DNA of 24,267 nt from a virus (taxonomy: Duplodnaviria; Caudoviricetes): positions 1-24,267 of the IMG/VR virus record IMGVR_UViG_3300013767_000182. One strand, given 5' to 3'. The translations under genes and the position numbers were made by a program. This document shows, piece after piece, positions 15,721 to 23,706 of the stretch (the first letter of the stretch is position 1; the number at the start of each line of letters is the position of its first letter). Under the pieces are notes generated by a model. It did not search any database. It was not told the DNA's origin and saw only the letters and a program-made list of their open reading frames with translations.

Positions 15721-15773
15721 GAGGAACCTTCCCGCGTCCCAAAGACGCGCATCGATTACGCGCTCGCGCGCTG

Positions 15774-15805
15774 TTGACAACCCGCCCCGCCGAGACGCCT
15801 AATGC
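15774..15805 (+). promoter_or_regulatory. Possible sigma70 promoter for the antisense gene
   Basis: Consensus -35 TTGACA at 15774-15779. The -10 is weak (CCTAAT at 18 nt or TAATGC at 20 nt). Confidence 0.4.
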
Positions 15806-15844
15806 ACCTCGCGCGTGGGGGAAAAATCGCACCAGGAGGCGGTC

Positions 15845-16159
15845 ATGGCGGAAAAGCGAGAACCGGTGGTGGAGCAAGGTGCAGAAGACAGAATCGAGCG
15901 TTCCGAGCAGTTGGGCCGAGAGGCTCTCGGCTACTGGCAAACCGCGCTGCGCGGTCTGTTTGCGCTGCCCAACGCCACCGCGCTGTCGGTGTCGTCGGCC
16001 GTGCTCTACACGACCGGGATCGCCGAGGTTGCCTACAAGCGGATCGAGGCGCTCACCGGCCGCATTGGTGGAGAGGTCACGCGCGAGCTCGTTGAGGTTC
16101 GCCGTACCGCGACGCTGCCGGAACCGGAACGCTCGAAGCGTCAGCCTACCGCCTCGTAA
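15845..16159 (+). CDS. Small hypothetical protein (104 aa) antisense to the head operon (moron-like)
   Basis: AGGAGG at 15834-15839 and ATG at 15845. It occupies an otherwise empty ~450-bp gap, and its stop converges on the protease stop 18 nt away. Confidence 0.85.
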   Translation: MAEKREPVVEQGAEDRIERSEQLGREALGYWQTALRGLFALPNATALSVSSAVLYTTGIAEVAYKRIEALTGRIGGEVTRELVEVRRTATLPEPERSKRQPTAS

Positions 16160-16177
16160 TCTCCCACTCTCTTGTGA

Positions 16178-16990
16178 TCAGCGCATCGCCGCATAGGCCG
16201 CATACAGCTCGGGGTGCTTCGCCTTCACCCGCGTCATGGCGACGGCGTACGGGACCTTGTCGTCGGTGGCGATCTTCTTCGCGGCTTCGTCGATGCGCTT
16301 CTCGATCTCGGCCGGATCGTCGCCGGCGAGGTTGAGCGGTTCACCCTCGGGCTTGCCGATCGGCGCGCCCGCCGCGGTGAAGCGCCCGAGCGCCGCCCAG
16401 CGGCCCTTGTTCTTCTCGACGTGGAGCTTGGCCGTGTTCGCCGCTGACCGGTAGAACTCGGCCAGGGCGTTGGCCTGCTCGGGATCCCACGCGCAGTCCG
16501 GCGAGCTCGCGTCCGCCCACTTGCGCGCGAACGCCATCACTTCGGCTTCCTTCTCCGCGGCCGCGCGCGCCTGCTCCTTCGACTCGAGCTCGACGAGCTT
16601 TCGTCGAAGGTCCGCGACCTCGGTCTTCGGCGCGGTGGTGAACCTGAGCTCGGTCACCTTCTGGCGGATCGCCGACATCGAAGCCGCGACGCCGAGGTCC
16701 TTCGCCATCGCCGTCATCTCGCGCTTGTCGTCCTCGTCGTCGTCGGCGTCGCCATCCATGAACTTTCGGAAGCGCGACATCGACTCCTCGTCCTTCATGA
16801 ACTTCTCGACGAACTTGCCGAAGGCCTCGTCGCCGCCGACGGCATCGGCGAACCGGCGGTACCGCGCCATCGACTCCTCGTTGCGCTTCTTGTCGACGTC
16901 GACCTCCTCGGCGTACTTCGCCATGGCCGCGCTCATCTGCTCCGGCGTCGCCTTGTCGTCGATACCGTAGCGCTTCATCCATTCGTTCAT
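16178..16990 (-). CDS. Nested in-frame scaffold protein (Mu gpZ-like, 270 aa)
   Basis: AAGGGAG-N8-ATG in frame, just after the end of the protease domain. Confidence 0.6.
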   Translation of the reverse strand: MNEWMKRYGIDDKATPEQMSAAMAKYAEEVDVDKKRNEESMARYRRFADAVGGDEAFGKFVEKFMKDEESMSRFRKFMDGDADDDEDDKREMTAMAKDLGVAASMSAIRQKVTELRFTTAPKTEVADLRRKLVELESKEQARAAAEKEAEVMAFARKWADASSPDCAWDPEQANALAEFYRSAANTAKLHVEKNKGRWAALGRFTAAGAPIGKPEGEPLNLAGDDPAEIEKRIDEAAKKIATDDKVPYAVAMTRVKAKHPELYAAYAAMR

Positions 16991-17584
16991 GGTCACTGCT
17001 CCCTTGAAGGCCGGCTGGAAGACGCGCGACGGGACGCGCATCATCTTCAGCGGCAGCATCGAGTCCAGAAATGGTCCGTTCGTCCACGCCACGTTCAGAA
17101 GGACGTAGCCGATGTCGTTGCCCTGTTCGTCCTGGCCGCTGGTGAGAAACAACGGGCTCACGTAGCTCAGGTTGGGCAGCTTCTTCTGCCCGAGCTCGGT
17201 CAGCTCGTAGCGGTGAGCGTAGAGCCCGTCTTCGACCTGGCCGGTGTCCGCGTTGCGCAGCGTCTCGGGATCGAGCGGCGGCAGGGCCTGCTCGACGGAC
17301 CGTCGGGTGACGGTGCGAATCGGCACGCCGTCGACCACCAGCGCGAGCGCGTCGTAGTACGCCAGCGCCTCGCCGAAGTCGTGGTTCGCGTCCGCCCAGA
17401 GCGGGTTCACCTGGCGGGCGAAGTTGTCCATGAACTGCCCCAGGTGCTCGAGGTCGAACACCGCGAGCTGGGGGCCTTCGCCGTCGTCCTTGGTGAACCT
17501 GCCGAATTTTGCGACTTGATCCCACGTATTAGCCGGCTTGCTCGACAGCCGATGCCAAGCGGCAAGCGCGAATGCCCGCGTCAT
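16178..17584 (-). CDS. Mu-like prohead protease (gpI) fused to scaffold
   Basis: 'DANH', 'DGLYA...LTELG', 'YVSPLF' and 'LLNVAWTNGPFLDSMLPL', followed by a charged helical scaffold region. Confidence 0.9.
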   Translation of the reverse strand: MTRAFALAAWHRLSSKPANTWDQVAKFGRFTKDDGEGPQLAVFDLEHLGQFMDNFARQVNPLWADANHDFGEALAYYDALALVVDGVPIRTVTRRSVEQALPPLDPETLRNADTGQVEDGLYAHRYELTELGQKKLPNLSYVSPLFLTSGQDEQGNDIGYVLLNVAWTNGPFLDSMLPLKMMRVPSRVFQPAFKGAVTMNEWMKRYGIDDKATPEQMSAAMAKYAEEVDVDKKRNEESMARYRRFADAVGGDEAFGKFVEKFMKDEESMSRFRKFMDGDADDDEDDKREMTAMAKDLGVAASMSAIRQKVTELRFTTAPKTEVADLRRKLVELESKEQARAAAEKEAEVMAFARKWADASSPDCAWDPEQANALAEFYRSAANTAKLHVEKNKGRWAALGRFTAAGAPIGKPEGEPLNLAGDDPAEIEKRIDEAAKKIATDDKVPYAVAMTRVKAKHPELYAAYAAMR

Positions 17585-17604
17585 CGTGGCCCATCCTGCT
17601 CGGC

Positions 17605-18147
17605 TTACGGGCGGCGCAGCGTGCGGACGTAGGCGACGCAGCTCTCGTCGCTGGAGCCCGTGCGCGTGCGCATGAACCGGAGCGCAGCTCGTCCATTGAT
17701 CGTGTGCTGGCTCGGGTCGATCTCGACCGGCCGCACGACAGTTCCCGGCGGGACGTTGATGCTCATCGCATCGGTGATCGCGCCGCCCGTCGCGGCGTTG
17801 ACGAGCTGGATCGTGCCCGCGCCGCCGCCGGCAGCACCGGTCTTGTGCAGCACCACGTCGACGATCTCCTCGCGTGGCGAGAACACCACATCCACGTTGC
17901 CCGTCGGCCCGGCCGGAATGCCTACCCGGTGCTCGACCGCGATCCCGACGTCTGTGTCCGCGACGGGAGAAATGATCGCGATGTCGCCGACGCGGCCAGA
18001 TGCACTCTGGAGTCTGAACGTATCCGAGGTCGCGTTGTGCCAGAACGCGACCACGCCCGACGGCAGGCCCGGGTCCACCGGCTGCGAGGCGAAGATGATG
18101 CCCGCCTGCTGGCGAAAGAAATTGATGAGCTCGCGGATGACGTTCAT
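17605..18147 (-). CDS. Beta-rich hypothetical protein, possibly head-associated (180 aa)
   Basis: GAGGA RBS, GC3 bias, and a V/G/I/T-rich alternating pattern. Lies between portal and protease. Confidence 0.75.
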   Translation of the reverse strand: MNVIRELINFFRQQAGIIFASQPVDPGLPSGVVAFWHNATSDTFRLQSASGRVGDIAIISPVADTDVGIAVEHRVGIPAGPTGNVDVVFSPREEIVDVVLHKTGAAGGGAGTIQLVNAATGGAITDAMSINVPPGTVVRPVEIDPSQHTINGRAALRFMRTRTGSSDESCVAYVRTLRRP

Positions 18148-18303
18148 GGCGATTCCTCGACGGGGCTCATGCTCTCAGCCCTGACCGGATTGCATTCGGC
18201 CCGGATGCGCGTAGGCTTGCTCACGCGGGGGGTGGAGGGGTGCCGATGCGCAGGGCGGCGGATTACACGCTGGGGTTGGTGATCGTGCTGGGCCACCTGC
18301 TCC

Positions 18304-19866
18304 TCATGGCGTTCGCGGAGCGGCGTCGCGACCGGCTGTCGAAGCAGCCGGCTTCGGGTTGACGACGCCGGCGGCCGCATCCGTCGTGCTCGCCACCGCA
18401 CCGCCCGAGCTGAGCGTGACCGGCTTGCCCGGCAGTACGTCGTCCGAGCCCGTCGGCGTGTCGAGACCATATTCGCGCCGGAGCTGACTGATGCTCACCT
18501 TCATCCCGGCGTCCGAGAGCAGCTTGATGATCTCGGCGCGCTCCTTCGGGCTGGTCTCGCGGTCGGTCCGAAACTCCCCTCGCGGCAGCGCGTAGACCAG
18601 CTCCTCAGGATCGGCGTCGAGCGCGCGTGCGAGGTCGTGGGCGTTGAGCTCGATCGCGGAGAGGAACACGTCGGTGCGAAGGTCCGCGGCCATCCCGAGC
18701 GCGTCGCCGACCGTGACCTCGTGCTTGGAGTCGGCGTGGACGATGCCGAGGTTGTAGCTGCCAGAGGTGCCCGGCTCGCTCGTCAACGTCTCGCCCTGCA
18801 CCGCCTTCGACTGCTCGTAGTTGCAAAGGCCGATGAGCCGCTGGTGCGCATCGCCTGCGCCCGATCCAATCGGCCCGTCCTTCGCCTCGATCGAGAGGCC
18901 GTCGGGAAGAATCGGCGCCGACTCGCCGGTGCCGTAGGCAACGAGCGCCGCCTCGAGCACCCGGCGCATGTTCGAGTCCTGCCATAGCCCGCGCTCGACC
19001 TTGCCGTAGAGCTGCGGGATCCCGTACAGGTGCAGGAACACCGCGAAGTCACGGAAGCTGCAGTGCTTGAGGAAATGCAGCCAGACCACCGAGCGGATGT
19101 AGCCGCGCGTCGCCGCGATCCCGTCGCCCGGCGCGCGATGGAACACGAACTTGTGCCTCGGCAGGTGGATGCAGCCGTCCTGCCCGAGGTCGAGAAGCGG
19201 CTCGTCCGAATCGGCCTTGAACTGGAAGTGCTTGCCGTGGACCCACTGGAGCGACCGCGGGAAGAGTCCATGGAGCGTGACGATCTCGTCTTTGAGCCCG
19301 GGGAAGCGCACGCGCCCGGGCGCCCAGACGATCTCGGAGCACGAGTACCCCGGGCAGCTCGCGCCGAGGAGCTGGTAGACGCCGTCGGGGAAGCCGTCGA
19401 TCCCGTCGACGACCTCGCGCATGAAGTGCGAGAGCGCCTTGGCGAGCGGCGTGTCGTTCTTCGGCTGGATCAGAAACGGCTTGTTCGCCACCGCCTGGCG
19501 CCGGCCGCGATCGATCCCGAACAGGTGCGCATCGCGTTGCAGCACCTGATGAGCCATGTCGCAGTAGCGATAGCAAATGCCGAGGTCCGCCTGCCGGAGG
19601 ATGCTGTCGATCTTGAGCGGGTCGAGCGCGGTGGCCGCGTAGGTCGAGTACCGATCGAGCATCGGCCCCGCTCCTACTGCGATCCGTCCCTCGAGCGCGT
19701 CGCGTCCCGAGACGCGCGCCTGGGCTTGCGGATTGGTCGCCGGGTATCCCGGTGGCCGCAGGCCGACGCCGGGAAAGCGCGGCGGCATCCACGTGGTGAA
19801 CGTACGGGCTCGCGCGCGCAGTCGCTCGGTCGCGAGGCGCAGCCGGTCGGTGAAGCTGAGCGCCAT
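18304..19866 (-). CDS. Portal protein (Mu gp29/DUF935-like)
   Basis: 'ILRQADLG', 'RDAHL....R..AV', 'GYSCSEIVW', 'KFVFHR', 'F..LYGIP..YGK' and 'SKAVQGETLTS..G..GSYNLG.VH'. Confidence 0.93.
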   Translation of the reverse strand: MALSFTDRLRLATERLRARARTFTTWMPPRFPGVGLRPPGYPATNPQAQARVSGRDALEGRIAVGAGPMLDRYSTYAATALDPLKIDSILRQADLGICYRYCDMAHQVLQRDAHLFGIDRGRRQAVANKPFLIQPKNDTPLAKALSHFMREVVDGIDGFPDGVYQLLGASCPGYSCSEIVWAPGRVRFPGLKDEIVTLHGLFPRSLQWVHGKHFQFKADSDEPLLDLGQDGCIHLPRHKFVFHRAPGDGIAATRGYIRSVVWLHFLKHCSFRDFAVFLHLYGIPQLYGKVERGLWQDSNMRRVLEAALVAYGTGESAPILPDGLSIEAKDGPIGSGAGDAHQRLIGLCNYEQSKAVQGETLTSEPGTSGSYNLGIVHADSKHEVTVGDALGMAADLRTDVFLSAIELNAHDLARALDADPEELVYALPRGEFRTDRETSPKERAEIIKLLSDAGMKVSISQLRREYGLDTPTGSDDVLPGKPVTLSSGGAVASTTDAAAGVVNPKPAASTAGRDAAPRTP

Positions 19867-19881
19867 GCCGCGTTCCCATCA

Positions 19882-21474
19882 TTAATAGAAGTCGCTGCCG
19901 CGCCGCTTGAACCGGACGATCTTGATGTCGGCGGCTCGCATCTCGATCGGCTCGGCCGGCTTGGGCTCGAGGAAATACAGGGCGTAGCCCGCCGCGTCGG
20001 TCACGTGCGCGTGCTTGCCGTACGGCCGCCGCTTCCCGAATCGATTGGCGCCAAGCGGACACTCCCTGAACGACTCGATCAGCCATTTGCAGCGCGGATC
20101 GACCCGCATCCGGCCCTCCTCCATGAGGCGATACACGAGGCCGAGGCGCTGATCGACGTCGGGATTCTTCGGGTAGCGCGAGCGGTCCGGCCGTTTGATC
20201 TCGGTTGGCGCCTGCACGTTCCAGCGCTGCGAGCGGAGCGCGTCGTACGAGGTAGTGTTGCCTGAGTGCTTCGCGTCCTGAAATGAGCCCGAAGCGTCGG
20301 GCACCCAGAGAAGCGTCTCGGGCGTATAGCCGTGCCCGTAGGCATCGTCCGAGAGATGCAACTCGGTCCCCTCGACGATCATCTCGTCGACGAACCAATA
20401 GATCGGCCCTTCGTCGCTGGAGAAGATCCGCAGGACAGCACCCGCCTGGTGCGGCCGCCCCTGGAAGTCCGCGCCCGCGACGAACGCATACGGTACGAAT
20501 GTGAGTCGCTCGAGCGTGCGCGCGGTGATGTCCTTGGTGCCGATCCCCGGCACCTTCTCGACCAGCTTCTTCGCCCACTTCGGATAGGCCCGGTCGCCAA
20601 CGGGAAGCCAGATGCCTTCGTCGTCCGCCTGGATCGATTTCGGATCGATGATCGCGGCGAGCTTGCCGACACGCGCGCGCGCGGGCTGGTCGACCGCCGG
20701 ATTGTCCTTGGCGTAGAAGGTGAAACACTTGGCGCCCTCGACATCGCCGCCGAGGATCGCCTCCCTGAGCGTGTGAACCCACTCACCTCTTTGGAGCCGG
20801 GGCGGGTTGGCCGCGAGGATGGTCAGGCCGCCGCGGTCGGCGGTGCCGAACATTCCGTTCACGACTGCGCTCGATTGCATCTGCTGTGGCTCGTTGTAGA
20901 GCAACAGATCGACACGGCCCTGTCGCATGTCCTCCGGATCTTGCGCGCTCAAGTTGCGCAAGATCGCGCCGTGGACGAACTCGTACCGGAACTCGGGCGC
21001 GCGCCAGTGCCGATACCATCTCTTCGGAATGCGCTCGGCGATCCACTGCTCGAGCTCGTCGCGCTTCTTGAACGACTCCGAAATGGTCCAGCCGATCGTC
21101 GGCGACCCTGCCGACTCGGGCACGTCGATGAGCGCGGCAATCTGGCAGGCGAGCGAGCCGAAGCTCTTTCCGCCGCGACGGCCGCCTTCGTTGAGAACGA
21201 GCGAGACGTCGCGCTGAAGGCCCTCGCGATAGTCCCTCAGCCAGCCGGCGAACCACTTGGTGAAGGGCACCTGCGACTCGACGAGCTCGATGATCTGGCC
21301 CGACTCCGGCTCCCGATCGATAAACCGTCGGTCGATTCGGTCCCAGACACCGCCCGCCCACAGCAGCGTCTCTTTCGTCTTCTGCCGCTGGAGGAGCAGG
21401 CACAGGTCGACGTGACGGCCCTCGTCCGCCGTCTCCGCGTCGAGCGCGCGCAGCTGTTCGATGAGCGACGACAT
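19882..21474 (-). CDS. terL: Terminase large subunit
   Basis: Walker A GGRRGGKS, Walker B-like LLLYNE, 'AANP' coupling motif and 'DNP'. Nuclease domain motifs 'GADF' and 'HVTDAAGYA'. Lies upstream of the portal. Confidence 0.92.
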   Translation of the reverse strand: MSSLIEQLRALDAETADEGRHVDLCLLLQRQKTKETLLWAGGVWDRIDRRFIDREPESGQIIELVESQVPFTKWFAGWLRDYREGLQRDVSLVLNEGGRRGGKSFGSLACQIAALIDVPESAGSPTIGWTISESFKKRDELEQWIAERIPKRWYRHWRAPEFRYEFVHGAILRNLSAQDPEDMRQGRVDLLLYNEPQQMQSSAVVNGMFGTADRGGLTILAANPPRLQRGEWVHTLREAILGGDVEGAKCFTFYAKDNPAVDQPARARVGKLAAIIDPKSIQADDEGIWLPVGDRAYPKWAKKLVEKVPGIGTKDITARTLERLTFVPYAFVAGADFQGRPHQAGAVLRIFSSDEGPIYWFVDEMIVEGTELHLSDDAYGHGYTPETLLWVPDASGSFQDAKHSGNTTSYDALRSQRWNVQAPTEIKRPDRSRYPKNPDVDQRLGLVYRLMEEGRMRVDPRCKWLIESFRECPLGANRFGKRRPYGKHAHVTDAAGYALYFLEPKPAEPIEMRAADIKIVRFKRRGSDFY

Positions 21475-21475
21475 T

Positions 21476-22138
21476 TCAAGTCTCGCCGTCGGAGCCGCTG
21501 CGGCGAGCAGTCGTGGGTCGGACGACGCCGGTCAGGACGCGCGGGCCCCGCGCCCGCTCGACCGGCGGCAAGAGGCGGCGCTTGACCGTCTCGAGCTCGT
21601 GCTGCACCTGGGTGCGGCTGAAGGTCATGCCGACCTTGGCGGCGAGGTCGCCGAGCAGCCGCCAGCGCCGCTCCGGATCGATGCTGGCGTCCTGGGCGAT
21701 GTCCTGCATCGTCAGGACCAGCACCTTCTGCGCGTAGATCAGCGCCTGGTTCGGGTCGTCGGTGGGCGGGGGGCCGAGCAGCTTGGCGTAGCGGTCGGGA
21801 TCGACGTACCTCTGCGCGAAGCCGCCCGAGAGTTTGGCGAGCGTGTTGAGGGCAGAGATGGCGGCGCCGAATTTGTCGTTCGCCACCGCCTTGGCGTAGA
21901 GGCGCTCGGCCATGCGGACGAGCTTGTCGCGCCGGTACGGCTGATCTGCGATCGAGTCGGCGCCCCAGCGACGGTAGATTTCGCTGAGGTAGCGCCGCAC
22001 TTGTCGCGGCGAGATCCCGTACTTTCGCGCCACCTCCCGCTCGATGCGCGTCGAGGGAACGCCGGCGACCAGCAGATCCTCGACGGCGACCAGGCGCTGC
22101 TCGATCTCCGAGCGCGTAGTCTTCGGTTTCTCTGTCAC
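21476..22138 (-). CDS. terS: Probable terminase small subunit (HTH, 220 aa)
   Basis: GTG at 22138. HTH-like 'STRIEREVARKYGISPRQVRRYL' and 'LAKLSG'. Ends 1 nt before terL. Confidence 0.72.
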   Translation of the reverse strand: MTEKPKTTRSEIEQRLVAVEDLLVAGVPSTRIEREVARKYGISPRQVRRYLSEIYRRWGADSIADQPYRRDKLVRMAERLYAKAVANDKFGAAISALNTLAKLSGGFAQRYVDPDRYAKLLGPPPTDDPNQALIYAQKVLVLTMQDIAQDASIDPERRWRLLGDLAAKVGMTFSRTQVQHELETVKRRLLPPVERARGPRVLTGVVRPTTARRSGSDGET

Positions 22139-22148
22139 GGGGCACTTG

Positions 22149-23429
22149 TCATGCGTCGTGCGGATCGAGCGCGCCGGGGCCAGGATCGACTCCCGCCGAA
22201 CGCGCCCAGCCGGTCCACCGACGCCGAGCAACGTCGACGAAGGCCGGCTCGATCTCCATCGCGTAGCACCGGCGCCCGAGCTTGGCGGCGGCGATGAGCT
22301 GGCTGCCCGACCCGCTGAAAGGTTCGTAGACCAGCTCGCCGTTTTCCGTGTGGTACGAGATCGAGCGCTCGAAGATCTCGGTCGGCTTCTGCGTCGGATG
22401 GATCCCATCCGATTCGCCCTTCTGATCGATCGCCCAGACGGTGGTGCATTCTCCGCCGAGCGGTGGACGCTGCGCCGGCGGGCGCCCCTCGATCCAGCCG
22501 TAGAAGCACGGCTCGTGCTGCCACATGAAGTGGCTGCGCGTCAGGATCGGTCGCGACTTGACCCAGATGATCTGCTGATGCAGGAGCAGGTGATTCTCGG
22601 TCCACGCCGCTTCCACCAGCGCCTGCCGGCGCGACGCATGCCACTGATAGAATGCCGGGCGGTCGACAAGCGCGTGCTCGAGGGCGACCCGCAGGAACGC
22701 AGAGAAGAATTCGACGCTCGATTTCGGATCACGGTAGGCATCCCACTTCTTGTTGTTGTCCTTGCCGGCACGCTCACGCTCAAACGACTGCGGGTGATTG
22801 GTGCCGTCGTAGTCGACGAGGTAGGGCGGGTCGGTCGCGCACAGGAGCGCGCGCTCGCCATTCATGAGCTGGGCCACAAGCTCAGCCTTCGTCGAGTCGC
22901 CACACATGAGCCGATGTGGCCCGAGCAGGTAGATCTCGCCCACCTGACTCGCGGGCTCCTCGGGCGGCTCGCCTGCGCCGGGATCGTCGCCGGACCCCGG
23001 AGGGTCATCGTTATCCCTCAACAGTCTGCGAATCTCGGCGTCGGAAAAACCGGTGCCGGTGATGAGGTCCACGTCTTCGGCGCGCAGGCTCTCCAGCAGC
23101 TGCCCGAGCAGCTCATCGTCCCAACTCGCCAACTCGGACAGCTTGTTGTCCGCCAGCGCCATCAGGTGCGCATCGGCCGGATCGAGGTCCATGAACCGAA
23201 CCGGCACCTGGGTCAGGCCGAGCTTGCGCGCGGCGAGCAGACGCGTGTGGCCGGCGATGATCTGGCCATCTGCACGCCGAGCCACGATCGGCGCGCCGAA
23301 ACCGAATCGTTTGATGGCAGCGGCGACCTCATCTACAGCGTTCTTGTTGTCGCGCGGGTTCTCCTTCCACGGCGAAAGGGCCTCGATGGGCACCCATTCG
23401 GCTGCCATTTCAGCGTGGTTGGGTGTCAT
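22149..23429 (-). CDS. ParB/Srx-domain-fused beta-class N6/N4 DNA methyltransferase
   Basis: ParB-like 'NPR.N...SI/AIKRFGF..PI...IIAGHTR..AA..LG...ADNK'. MTase motifs 'LGPHRLMCGDS', DPPY, 'HPTQKP' and 'EPFSGSGS'. Start at 23429 or 23408. Confidence 0.93.
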   Translation of the reverse strand: MTPNHAEMAAEWVPIEALSPWKENPRDNKNAVDEVAAAIKRFGFGAPIVARRADGQIIAGHTRLLAARKLGLTQVPVRFMDLDPADAHLMALADNKLSELASWDDELLGQLLESLRAEDVDLITGTGFSDAEIRRLLRDNDDPPGSGDDPGAGEPPEEPASQVGEIYLLGPHRLMCGDSTKAELVAQLMNGERALLCATDPPYLVDYDGTNHPQSFERERAGKDNNKKWDAYRDPKSSVEFFSAFLRVALEHALVDRPAFYQWHASRRQALVEAAWTENHLLLHQQIIWVKSRPILTRSHFMWQHEPCFYGWIEGRPPAQRPPLGGECTTVWAIDQKGESDGIHPTQKPTEIFERSISYHTENGELVYEPFSGSGSQLIAAAKLGRRCYAMEIEPAFVDVARRRWTGWARSAGVDPGPGALDPHDA

Positions 23430-23522
23430 GCTCGGACTCAAAGGAAGCGGATCAAATCGGGTCGCGGAAGCGTCGCTGTTTCCGAGAATCCGTCGCGGTC
23501 TCGATCGCTTACGGTCACTTTG

Positions 23523-23556
23523 GTACTTCGAAAGTACGGACGCGTTTGGACGCGTC
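23523..23556. repeat. Two adjacent short inverted repeats (operator/hairpin candidates)
   Basis: GTACTT-cga-AAGTAC (23523-23537) and GACGCGT-ttgg-ACGCGTC (23539-23556) in the divergent intergenic region. Confidence 0.55.
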
Positions 23557-23706
23557 GTGGGTCGCTCCGGCGGCGGCGCGCAGGGCAAAATTCAAAAACG
23601 CCCTTTAGAAAAGTTGGCCCTCTGCACGCGACCGCTCGCGACGCAGTTGTTCCGCGCCCAATAAATTCGCTTGAAGTGCCCGCCCCCGACGGTAGTGTGC
23701 GCCGCC

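Larger units (their letters stand above)
143..23429 (-). mobile_element. Prophage or phage-derived head and contractile tail morphogenesis module (Mu-like structural genes)
   Basis: Complete collinear gene order from terminase to fibre, with overlapping or closely spaced start and stop codons. Confidence 0.93.

Noticed and set aside
15800-15807. TAATGCAC resembling the RIT-type binding motif
   Set aside because: Single isolated partial match with no partner site, so likely chance or part of a -10 element.
143-23429. Transposable Mu-like prophage
   Set aside because: The structural genes are Mu-like, but no MuA/MuB, Mor or Mu-type ends are visible, and the packaging front end differs.
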